The notes beneath the pieces are model-generated. The model saw only the letters and a list, made by a program, of their open reading frames with translations, ran no database searches and had not been told where the DNA came from. A program made the position numbers and the translations under genes. Positions 52,281-64,000 of a DNA stretch of 64,000 nt are shown here, one piece after another. Each line of letters opens with the position of its first letter. Within the stretch, counting starts at the first letter, position 1. The stretch is from Octopus vulgaris (Eukaryota), in contig OX597827.1 in NCBI GenBank assembly GCA_951406725.2, positions 73,842,001-73,906,000 of the forward strand, read 5' to 3'.

Positions 52281-52356
52281 ACAGTGCCAAAATCTGTTTG
52301 ATTGATGTGATCAATAATATTCCAAAGTAGAAAAATATTATGTTTCCAGTAGGCAT
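52281..52356 (-). CDS. Coding exon 1: start codon and signal peptide MPTGNIIFFYFGILLITSIKQILAL
   Basis: ATG at 52356-52354, hydrophobic core, GTATGT donor in phase 1 at 52280; upstream pyrimidine-rich acceptor (ttttcttttttag) puts the exon start at 52435. Confidence 0.75.
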
Positions 52357-52689
52357 TGCTAAAGACTTCTACGTCCAAAAGAATAACTGCATCTGACAGT
52401 TTCGGATTAGCTATGATAGTTTCAACAATTTATCCCTAAAAAAGAAAACGACGCAATAGCTTTGTTTGTTGTCTCCCTCTAAGAGGAAGAACGGCCATGT
52501 CCACTTATTAAGTGATCTCATTACTGAAACACAACTCCATAACACAGAAATTGTTTACACACGGATGTACAAATTCGTTTTTAAGTGACTCTATGCAAAT
52601 TTTGAACAGAATTATGTGAGTGAGTGTGCATGTAAATGTGCGTGTGTGTTTGGTGCACGAGTGTGTGTGTGTGTTTTCTTTCCTCACCC

Positions 52690-53401
52690 CTATGATCAAA
52701 GACTCTGGAAGTGTCACGCAGAGGGACTGAACTCGAAACCGTCTTGATTAGCAGTGATTCGGTCAAGATTTGCCTCTGTGTTTGTGTGTGTGTGCATGCG
52801 TGTGCCCACAAATTCAAAGCTGAAACTCAAACGTGAGTATTGCTCCATGCTTCCCTAATTTAGGTGATTAATTAGTGTTGATTAGACGCTGGAGACTATC
52901 TAAGCCCTTTCCGCTTTGACACAGTGGAATAACAAGAATGTAAGAGCTGAAGAGAAAGACTGATACATCAGCTGGTCTTCCTTTCCACTGGTTGAAGTGA
53001 GCAACCTCAAATGAACTAACTCGGAACGGGATCAAAAACCGGCCAGCATATGAATCGAACTCATCGCCCTATGATGGTGAAACCTGCAAACTAAAAATTG
53101 GAGCACGCTCCAAGTTTAGGATTCCGAGAACCCAGGGTTTGGATAAAAAGAAAAGAAATTTGCATTTCCATACGATTCGAAGTCATTTGATAAAATTCTA
53201 TATAAGAATATTTTCAAACAAAATTATATTTGAGCATTTCTTTAATATTAAATATTATATATTGTTGTTTTCTCACAAAGTTTTTGGCTACGAGATGTTA
53301 GTACAACTCTATCAGGATATTGTGATGGATTTAAATTTCAGAAACAATTCAAAATCATTTCTCTCTGTCAGTCTGTCAGTCTGTCTGTCTGTCTGTCTGT
53401 A

Positions 53402-53466
<65 letters not shown>

Positions 53467-53516
53467 TTATGGCAGTTTAAGAGTGAAGTGGGAATATTGC
53501 AGTTACACACACACAC

Positions 53517-53547
<31 letters not shown>

Positions 53548-54081
53548 CATACATACATACATACGTACATACGTACTCACACAAATATACGCATATGCAC
53601 GTATATAAATATTCGGCAGAAGATAATACTCCGTATTATATACATACATACGTATATAAGTGTGTGTGTGTGTGTATGTATATATTGTGCGTGTGTGTGT
53701 ATGTGTTGTGTATGTGTATATACACACAAACACCTATTTACAAATATATTATTGAGATAGTTGTTGAAATCCAAGCTGTGTCCTCTTGAAGTGCATCCTC
53801 TTATTTCCAAATCCGTATTTAGCTGTTGTATTTATTTGAGATATGACTCAGAGATGAGACGAAAATACTGGGAAATATTTTCTCTACAGTAACAATATCG
53901 AAAGGGGAGACTGGGAAAATTTTGGGGCGTTATTTCTTCACCATTACACGTATGTCATTTGCTAATATGACTTTACACTACTTCCCGCGACTTACGACTG
54001 TACTTATGTACGTACTGTAGTACAAAGCATTATGCATACACAAATGCATTCTTGCATATATATATATATATATCTATCTAC

Positions 54082-54146
<65 letters not shown>

Positions 54147-54405
54147 CATACGAATGTGTGTTGCAAGATTCCTTATAGGAAACTGTGTATTGAAACAGAT
54201 GTTCTTGTTTCTCGAATGGTCACATTGTTTTCTTTGCCAAACAGACACACACCATATTTTCCTTTTTACTGTTCTTTTTTTTACTCATGCCCATTGTCCG
54301 TAAATCATTCGTCACACATCTGTGACCTCTTCAGCGACACTTTTCGTGCTCGGGTGTGCCCATGCTCGGCTTAGTCTAATGAGGTCTTCTAGAGGAACTG
54401 AACGT
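52690..54405 (+). repeat. Copy 1 of a ~1.7-kb local duplication (copy 2 = 56072-56588 plus 59617-61025)
   Basis: Collinear high similarity including shared microsatellite positions. Confidence 0.92.
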
Positions 54406-54494
54406 TCGTAAGCACGAATATATTTTTTCACAATTTGAGCATTTGATGCAGTAAATTAAATTTCTGCTTTTGCAGTTCATATTCGCGTTTGTGA

Positions 54495-55640
54495 ATATTT
54501 TCACGGTTTTTTGTGTTAATCACGGATCGAGCTATGGTTCTTAGTAAAAGAGAGCCTAAAAGCTTGAATAAATTACTAACACAGGCAAAATTTGACCTTA
54601 GCAACAAAGACCAAACATTGACTGTATCTAAATGCAATGATAGCCGATGTGGCACATGCCAATTCATACATATCGGCCAATATATAAACACAAAAACCGG
54701 GAAAATATTCACAAACGCGAATATGAACTGCGAAAGCAGGAATTTAATTTACTGCATCAAATGCCGAAATTGTGAAGAAATATATGTAGGTCAGACGGGA
54801 AATGCACTATCAGAACGCTCACGTGTACACCGACAACAGATTAGAGACCTTTGAGTAACCACCTAGCAACATGTGGTCGGAAAATATATATAATATTTCC
54901 ATTCTACAAATTACACAGCCCAAGTGAAATCGAGAGGAAAATCAGAGAAAAGAATTGTATTGATAAATTCGAACCCAAGCTAAATAAGCAATAATAATAA
55001 TACTTAGAGATACTACTTCTACTGCTACGACGATGACCACTAACAACAATAACAATACTAAAGGCGATCAAGATGAAGATAGCAGGAAAATGATCTTATT
55101 TAGGGTTAAAAGTTCTATTGCCACCACCATCACCACTAGCAACAATAATTATGGTGCTGACAATGATGATGATGACAATTGAAATATAAAAATCCCTGAC
55201 AAAGGCTATTTACAACATTCCTAAAAGTAGCCCAACAATTGCTGCCTTGGCCAGGGTTAAGATACAGAACTCTTGACAAATTCAACAAAGCGTGACGCCT
55301 AAACTAACCAATCAGCTTAAGTAATTGAGTGATACTACACACTGATTGGTCAGAATACATTTTGCAAAACCTAGCAATCTGGAGCCCATACAGATGTATT
55401 TAAGGCACAGATTTAACCATCTCGCTACAGTCAAAAATTGTGAAGCATGACTGTCACCACTACTACATGAACCTGAAGATTGCATAATTTAATGCATGAA
55501 AGTACTAGTTCAATCAGAATGAACATTTAACATTCTACTATTTTACTTTATTCTATTATGTTATATTATCTTATATTATATCATTATAAGATTGTAAATA
55601 AAACGTGAAAATCAGACAAGGTTGGAATTCCTTTTATTAA
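54495..55640 (+). mobile_element. PLE 3' end: GIY-YIG endonuclease plus pseudo-LTR
   Basis: CNDSRCGTC...NMNCESRNLIYCIKCRNCEEIYVGQTG; downstream CCAAT pair, TATTTAA, hammerhead and AATAAA. Confidence 0.9.
55468..55512 (+). ncRNA. Minimal type I hammerhead ribozyme in a PLE pseudo-LTR
   Basis: tgaac-CTGAAGA-t tgcat aattta atgca t-GAAAgtaCTA-gttca; palindromic AGTACT stem III. Confidence 0.85.
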
Positions 55641-55675
55641 TATATTCTTCTATACACAATCACACACACCGTATA

Positions 55676-55726
<51 letters not shown>

Positions 55727-55893
55727 AATTATTAAACTTTTATGTATTGATTAAGTCTTTCCTTGTTTGTTTTGCAAAATAGTGGTTTTGTCTCTAATAA
55801 TATTTTATAATATTTTACTATAAAATTGGATTTAATCCTAAATCTGATTTTTTTCCCTGTAAATTTGGATTTATTCCCTAATATTTATTATTT

Positions 55894-55928
<35 letters not shown>

Positions 55929-56589
55929 GTGTATATATAAACTAGGATGGCTAGACGCAATATAAAGTCAAAAAATAAACTTCAGTTGTCAGTGATAGTA
56001 ACTGAAAGTGCAACGACAGTTTTCTTTCAGCTTCCATCTACCAAATACTCTCGCAACGATTCGGTCGCCCCAGTGATCGAAGACTCTAGAAGTGTCACGC
56101 AGAGGGACTGAACTCAAAACCATCTTGATTAGAAGTGATTCGTGCAACATTTGTGTGTTTGTGTGTATGTGTGTGTGCGTGAGTGTGCGTGTGTGTGTGT
56201 GTGTGCGTGTGTGTATGTATGTGTGCACACAAAGTATTACTCCATGTTTCACTAATTTAGGTGGTTAATTAGTGTTGTGTAGATGCTGGAGCCTGTCTAA
56301 GCCCTTTCGTCCTTGGCACAGTTGAATAACAAGAATGTAAGAGCTGAACAGAAATACTGATACATCAGCTGGTCTTCCTTTCCGCTGATTGAAGTGGAGC
56401 AACCTCAAATGAACTAACTTGGAAGGGGATCACAAACCACCCAGGATATGAATCGAACTCCTCGCCTTATGATAGTGAAACCTACACGCTATGAATTTGA
56501 GCACGCGCCTAGTTTAGGATTCCGAGGACCCAGGGTTTGGATAAAAAGAAAAATTATTTGCTATTCCATTTGATTCGAAGTCATTTAAT

Positions 56590-59500
56590 ATTTTTTCAAT
56601 TCAATTTTTATTGGTTCAAAAAGCAAAAGCAAGGCCATGTATGGAGAAAGGGAGGGTGGTCATACAAAGAGTTCAGGCCATTTCTGGTTAAGAGAGACTT
56701 TGAACCGAGCGGTCGTCGGCATCTTCACTATCTCGTCCGGAAGCTTGTTCCACGGATTCGCAACCCGGACGGAGAAAGCCCACTTCTCCTTCGATTGAGA
56801 TGAAATCATCGTAAATAGAGCTTTTCGGAGTGAGCCGGCAGCGCACGCTCTGGAGGAGGAGTGAAGAACAGCTCTTTCGAGAGGTTACACTTTCCGCTTA
56901 TGGTGTTGTGAGCGAGAATGAGATCACCACGGCGTCGTCGTTTTTCGAGAGAATAAAGATCGAGCGTCTTTAGCCTTTCTTCATAAGACAAATGCTTGAG
57001 ACCAAGAACTATGCGGGTAGTCAGCTTCTGGACTCTTTCGAGATGATATATGTCTTTGACGAGATAAGGAGAAGAGGCTTGAATCCCGTACTCCAATATG
57101 GGTCTCACCAGCATGACATAGAGCGGTAGGAATGTGGCTGCTGTAAGCATTCCGAATGACCGAATCAAAAACAGAACTCCGCGCGCTTTGATGGACGCAT
57201 TGGGCCGAAGGCGAAAAGGAAGAATCCACCAAGATACCCAGGTCCTTTACTTGGTCGGACTTCTCCAGCAGCAGACGACCCGGTTCGTAATCAAGTTAAG
57301 TTGCAGAAGAGGAGCCAACAGGCAGATGACAGCTATTTGACACGTTCAGACAAACGTCCCATTCATTTGACCATCTCCAATCTTGGTAGTGGCATCGACA
57401 GAGATCATCTATATCACTGCGAGGAGCGAGCAGTTTGACATCGTCGGCAAATAGAAGGGTGTGCTGCGTGAGGTCGTCGGGCAAGACATTGATGAAGATT
57501 CAAAACAATAACAGCCCAAGCACTGAAATTTGAGGCACAACACTGCTCGCAACTGGAGGCGTCTGACAGCGAACCATTAACATGGACTTGAAAAGAGCGA
57601 TCTGAGAGGAACACCAACCCATCGTACTATATCCGGATAGAAACGATATGCTTGAAGATTGACAAGTAATAGGCGGTGGTTAACCGAGTCAAAAGCTTTG
57701 GCAAAGTCCAATAAAACGATGTCAACAGCATCACCATCATCCAAGATACGCGTCACCAATTCTTCCATTACGAGTAAGTTGGCCAAGCATGATCTCTTCG
57801 GCACGAAGCCGTGTTGGGAATCAGAGATAGAGGCTGTGTTTTGGACGTGGAGCAACATACTTTTCTTGAGGATGGTTTCGGACATCTTGCTGATTATTGA
57901 AGTAAGGGAAACCGGTCGGTAGTTAAGCGAGTCTTCGCGGCTCCCTTTCTTGTAAATCGGGCAGATTATCGCTGTTCTCCAGTCCGCAGGTACAACACCC
58001 GTCGCCAATGACATATTGAATAGAAGTGTTAAAGGTTCGCAGATGACCGGAGCCAACGCTTTGATAACCTGTGGGTGTATGCCGTCAGGGCTGTGACCCT
58101 TGTTGACATCGAGGCCGTGAATAATGCATTCGAGTTCGTCACGAGTGATGACCAATCTAGGCATTGGAGGTACCGATCTATCAAATGGAGGAGGTTCACG
58201 ACAATCATCTTGTTTGAAAATTGTCGAAAACGCCTTGGCAAATAACTGACTCTGCTGATAAGGGTCCTCAATCGATACGCCTGTTGAGTCTACCAACGTT
58301 GCAATTTGGTTGTTCAAGCGGGAATTCCTTTGGACATGGGAAAAGAAGGTTTTTGGATTGCGACTGGCGTTTGCCGCGATTCTTCATTCATATCTGAAGC
58401 GTTCTTTCTTTTCAATTTTCCCGGCTCAGTCTCGTTGAGTTTTGTACACCTCAAAAGGTGCAGACGAATCTTGATTTTTTAATTCAGCCCAAGCAATATC
58501 TCTGAGTCGAAGTTCTCGTTTAACCTTCTTCGTCACCCAGGGCTTATGTTTCTTCTTCTTGGGAAGCCCAATGGGAACTGCTTGGTCAGTCAACCAGATT
58601 ACATATGCTTTGAGGGACGATCATAGTTCGTCAACTGAGGACATCGTCATCAGGGATCGCCAGTCCAGAAGCGCAGAAGCCTCGGTTAGAATTTCAAGAT
58701 TGATTGCAGTGAAGACTCTACGTGACAGCAAACTAGTCGTGGGCGTAGAAAAAGTTGTGTGCATGTCGAACTTCACGACCGTGTGATCGCTCTTGGCAAG
58801 AGGAGCGCATACAGATAAGCCTGACACTTATCTTGGATAGCGGGAGAATACCAGATCCAGCATAGATGACTGTTGCCCAGACCGATTCCCAGTCGGAGAT
58901 TGAACATGTTGCGATAGAAAACAATCTTCAGTCACGTCAAGAAGGGCCGGATGAACTAGGAAGATGATGTACAAATGGATGCGGGCCAGTCGATTATGGG
59001 AGCGTTGAAGTCTCCTAATATCAAACATTCATGAGAAGATGAAACGAATCTTATCGCTTCGAGTAAATGAGCATCGTACTGGTGTCGGCAAGAGTCGGTC
59101 ATTAGACAGCTAACACGGGCAGGCAAAACCCGATAGGCTCAGCTTTCAATAGACGACATCGAATTTTGTTGTATGTTGAGCATTAGTGGCTAGACGGTTT
59201 GAGATCAGATTTGACATCCACAGCTGGACGGTTTGAGATCAGATTTGACATCCACAGCAACACCTCCACTTCGCCTTTTTTCTCTCTCACATCTGTAGAG
59301 GGCGTAGCCCTGTAGGTGGATCTCCGAGTCCTTTACTGCTGGAGTCAACCAAGTCTCGGTGATAGCTATCACATCTGGGGAATCACGCATGGCCAGTGTA
59401 AATAATTGACAGAGAACAATTCTCCAATTAAAAACGGAAACAAAATTTATGTCATCTTTTAGGCGGTTTATGCCTGTATCAGCGGTGGATTCAGCTTTAC

Positions 59501-59615
59501 CATAAATGGTTGCTGATCTTGAGTGGGCAAAATAGTCGTTCTGTTCTCTACTGTGAACTGCGGCATTCGATTCTTCATCGGATAAATTAGAAAGTGCGGT
59601 TTCGTAGCCATCAGA
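56590..59615 (-). mobile_element. CR1-like LINE (APE and RT), relatively young but frameshifted
   Basis: PDVIAITETWL, YRCEREKRRSGGVA, SDH, SPDGI, NYRPVSLTS, QHGF, DFAKAFDSV, FADDVK, VRPILEYG...LERVQ...RRRRGDLI; tail aataaaaattgaattgaaaaaa. Confidence 0.95.
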
Positions 59616-59942
59616 CTATAAGAATATTTTCAAGCAAAATTATATTTGAGCATTTCTTTAATATTAAATGTTATATATTGTTGTTCTCTTAAAAAGATAT
59701 TAGCTACGAGATGTTAGTAAAACTCTATCAGGATACTGTGATGGAGTAAATTTCAGAAACAATAGAAAAACATTTATCTGTCTCTGTCTGTCTGTCTCTC
59801 TCTCTTTCTGCAACGCTCTCTCTCTTTCTCACTCTGTCTGTCTGTCTGTCTGTCTGTCTCTGTCTGTCTCTCTGTCTCTTTCTCTCTCTCTCCGTATTTA
59901 TGGCAGTTTAAGAGCGAAGTGGGAATATTGCAGTAACGCAAA

Positions 59943-59984
<42 letters not shown>

Positions 59985-60225
59985 CACACACACACACACT
60001 TACATACATACATAGATACATACGTACATACGTACATACATACATTCATACATACATACATACACACACACATACAACAACACATACATACATACATACA
60101 TACATACATACATACATACATACATACATACGTACGTACATACGTACTCACACAAATATACGCATATGCACATATGTAAATATTCAGCAGAAGATAATAC
60201 TCCGTATTTTATACATATACATATG

Positions 60226-60270
<45 letters not shown>

Positions 60271-60703
60271 GTGTGTGTGTGTGTGTGTGCGTGTGTGTGT
60301 GTGTGTGCGCGCTTGTGTGTGTGTATGTATATGCGTGTGCGTGTGTGTGTGAATGTTTGTATGTGTATATACACACACAAACACCTATTTACAAATATAT
60401 TATTGAGATAGTTGTTGAAATCCAAGCTGTGTCCTCTTCAAGTGCATCCGCTTATTTCCAAATCCGTATTTAGCTGTTGTATTTGTTTGAGATATGAATC
60501 AGAGACGAGACGAAAAGACTGGGAAATATTTTCTCTACAGTAACAATATCGAAAGGGGAGATTGGGAAAATTTTGGGGCGTTATTTCTTCACCATTACAC
60601 GTGTGTCCTTTGCTAATATGACTTTACACTACTTCCCGCGACTTACGACTGTACTTATGTACGTACTGTAGTAGAAAGCATTATACATACATACATACAT
60701 ACA

Positions 60704-60764
<61 letters not shown>

Positions 60765-61226
60765 GTTTATGAATGTGTGTTGCAAAATTCCTAATAGGAA
60801 ACTGCGTATTGAAACAGATGTTCTTGTTTCTCGGATGTTCACGTTGTTCTCTTTGCCAAACAAACGCACGCATCAAATATTCCTTTTTAGTGTTCTTATT
60901 TTTACTCATGTCCATTGTCCGTAAGTCATTCGTCACACATTTGTGACCTCTTCAGCGTCACTTTTCGTACTCGGGTGTGTCCCTGCTCCGCTTAGGCTAA
61001 CGAGGTATTCTAGAAGAACAGAACGACCGCATGCGCTAGTGTGCATACGTATTCTTTTTTTCTCGCTAACCGCCGCTGCTATGATTACGTTCTTATCACG
61101 TAAAAAGTCTCTCATAAAACATGTCCCATGTTTAAAGCATTGAGTTCCATTTGTTTGATTAAAATATTCTAAGGTGATATTGTAGCATGGTCATGATCTA
61201 ATGAATGAAGTAATAGGAAAGGACAA

Positions 61227-61271
<45 letters not shown>

Positions 61272-61504
61272 ATTATTGAAGTAGATAAATGAATTATCTT
61301 ATTACGGATAATTCAAATGATAACCGATACCTGGGTAGCAAAAATCACAACAGAAAAAGCACGGTTGAAGTTACGACCATGGGGCATAAAAACCGTGCCT
61401 TAGTGCGGAAATTTGAAGTTTTATATATTAAGTGTAGGAAAAAATGGAGCTGAACGAAGATTTAACAAAATTATAAAGGAATTTTGTTAAATCTTTTTCC
61501 TACA

Positions 61505-61547
<43 letters not shown>

Positions 61548-61694
61548 TTCCAGTAATATCTATACCATTCTGCCTAAATAATGGAACTACAGATGCAATA
61601 TCCCTGCATATCGTACGTCAGATTTCATCCCTCCACTTTAGTCTCTATTTCATATCTTATATAGAATAACTATTGCTTAACCATTTCGCACACC

Positions 61695-61742
61695 GTCTCC
61701 GATGAAGGGATATATAAAATATCACGGAAACAGCTGTAAGAC
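61695..61742 (+). ncRNA. Minimal hammerhead ribozyme, CCGAUGA core variant
   Basis: gtct-CCGATGA-agg gatat ataaa atatc acg-GAAAcagctGTA-agac; palindromic ACAGCTGT stem III. Confidence 0.65.
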
Positions 61743-61976
61743 ATGCTCTTTATAAATGTTCTGAAATCTGTCACAGCCTTCGATTTTTATCTCATTGTGA
61801 AAATGTTTTTATATATATACACATGCTGATATATGAACTACGGTGACTCCTCATTCGCACAATCACCGAACCTGGAGCTTAACTGTAGTCTGTCCATAGC
61901 ACTGACTCAACATTACGCGACACCTTTGGTTCTTATTGACACCATTACCTCTTATAATCTCTCTCTCTCTCTCTCT

Positions 61977-62059
<83 letters not shown>

Positions 62060-62074
62060 CTATATATATTTATA

Positions 62075-62099
<25 letters not shown>

Positions 62100-62105
<6 letters not shown>

Positions 62106-62350
62106 TATATAAAATCCGTTCTCTCTGTGTTTGTGTGTCTTCTAGGATCTCGGGCATCCTCCATCCGAATGCTCTCAAATTTGATACGTAGATACCGATG
62201 ATATCAGAACGTAAAAAAATTACTAAAATCGATTCCAGGTGACAATGCGATCAATAAAGCCGAGGGAAGGTGCATTCGTACGCGCAAGTACATCAGCTGT
62301 TGCACGTACGCGAGAAAAATGCACGTACAGTTTACGCAAAAAAGCCGGCG
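62100..62350 (+). mobile_element. Probable Helitron-type 5' terminal fragment
   Basis: tatataaaatccgttctctctgtgtttgtgtgtc...atctcgggcatcc...tcaaatttg resembles non-autonomous Helitron 5' ends; pattern recognition only. Confidence 0.4.
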
Positions 62351-62373
62351 GGCTTGAAATAATGCCACAAAAT

Positions 62374-62603
62374 AAGGCGGCGAGCTGGCAGAAAAGTTGG
62401 CAGGTCGGGCGAAACGCTTAGCGGTATTTCGTCTGCCGTTACGTTCTGAGTTCAAATACCGCCTAGGTCGACTTTGCCTTTTAACCTTTCGGGGTCAATT
62501 AAATAAGTACGAATTACGCACTAGGGTCGATGTATCGACTTAATCCGTTTGTCTGTCCTGGTTTGTCCCCTTTGTGTTTGGCTCTCTTTGTGTAGTACAG
62601 AAA
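62374..62603 (+). mobile_element. SINE family A with 20-bp TSD
   Basis: TSD ttgaaataatgccacaaaat on both sides. Confidence 0.92.
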
Positions 62604-62716
62604 TTGAAATAATGCCACAAAATGGGACTATCGGACAAGTTGTTTTGAGAAAATTTGGTTTAAACGTTCGACAACTCAGCACCGTCCATTGGACGGGGGA
62701 AGGGGCATTTTGCTCG

Positions 62717-63227
<511 letters not shown>

Positions 63228-63434
63228 GGTGCATATCTCAGTGGTATTAGTGTCAGGCATTTAAATAATTTAAATTTTATATATTACATATTTTGTATAT
63301 TATATTAATTATTTTTATTTTTATGTTTTGGTTTATGTCTTTCACTGTTTGATTTGCCTAATAGTGGTTTTATCTCTAATTTAATTTATATATATATGTA
63401 TATATATGTATATATATGTATATACATATATATG

Positions 63435-63467
<33 letters not shown>

Positions 63468-63596
63468 GTACTTCTCCCGGATAAGTCACTTTTTTGTGCA
63501 TGCACGTATTATCTACGTTATACACATTAGAGTGAGTGTGTGTATGTGTGTGCGTGTGTGTATGCACATACACACACACGTAGTTATACAATCACA

Positions 63597-63633
<37 letters not shown>

Positions 63634-64000
63634 ATATGTATATGTATGTATGTATGTATATATGTTGCCGATTATATAGAATGTTTTTCTTATGACGATG
63701 GGAATATTTGTTGCAGAAATGAGGTTTCATTTATTTAATTTAATATATTTTAATTTTGGAAGTGGTCCTTAATGTTGCTGTTCGTTTTTAGATTATTAGT
63801 AAACGTATATAAGTTTTGGTGTGTGTATGTGTGTTTGTGTGTGTGTGTGTGAGTGTGTGTGTGTTTGTTTATATGTATGTGTGTGTGTGTGTGCTAAATG
63901 TTATAGCTTACAGAATGCAACAACATTTTGTAAACAATCTTTGAAAGCGTTGAATGTGTTTCTTATTTACAGACAAGAAGTTAATTTTCCACCGCAGTAT

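Larger units (their letters stand above)
5667..52356 (-). other. Multi-exon host gene, 3'-incomplete: secreted or membrane protein with EGF-like and F-type lectin (FTP) domains (MEGF/SCARF- or RPTP-ectodomain-like)
   Basis: Seven GT-AG exons (76+87+153+150+144+147+258 nt) joined by phase-1 introns give a stop-free frame: MPTGNIIFFYFGILLITSIKQILAL-SQCDITKGDC...-DSCKGNNG...YCQK-RKYHEF...-DSTMK...-GCPPQLYGKDC...-VNIAEGKQTNQSST...IYNRMKS. Additional unseen exons cannot be excluded. Confidence 0.85.

Overview
Repeat-dense, AT-rich eukaryotic DNA, most likely an octopus (cephalopod) genome; this is inferred from the tRNA-derived SINE families and the very high microsatellite load. One host gene can be reconstructed on the minus strand from seven GT-AG coding exons (52356 to 5667) that splice in frame into a 338-aa N-terminal fragment. 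Its architecture is signal peptide, Cys-rich unit, EGF-like, degenerate F-type-lectin-like domain, EGF-like, F-type lectin (FTP/F5-8C) domain; the gene probably continues left of the window. The introns hold decayed transposons: Penelope-like elements (PLEs), Tx1/L1-like, CR1-like, RTE-like and R4/Dong-like LINEs, mariners, Helitron pieces and three SINE families. The most striking non-coding signal is a set of type I hammerhead ribozyme folds: four with the full catalytic consensus, one with a single U4C change, and several further variants. One caps a ~50-bp imperfect RNA rod, and two lie sense to the host pre-mRNA. Also notable are a SINE sharing its 3' tail with a tandem array of Tx1-like elements and a non-canonical fucose-binding motif. 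Exon and ribozyme coordinates were read base by base; boundaries of decayed repeats are approximate.
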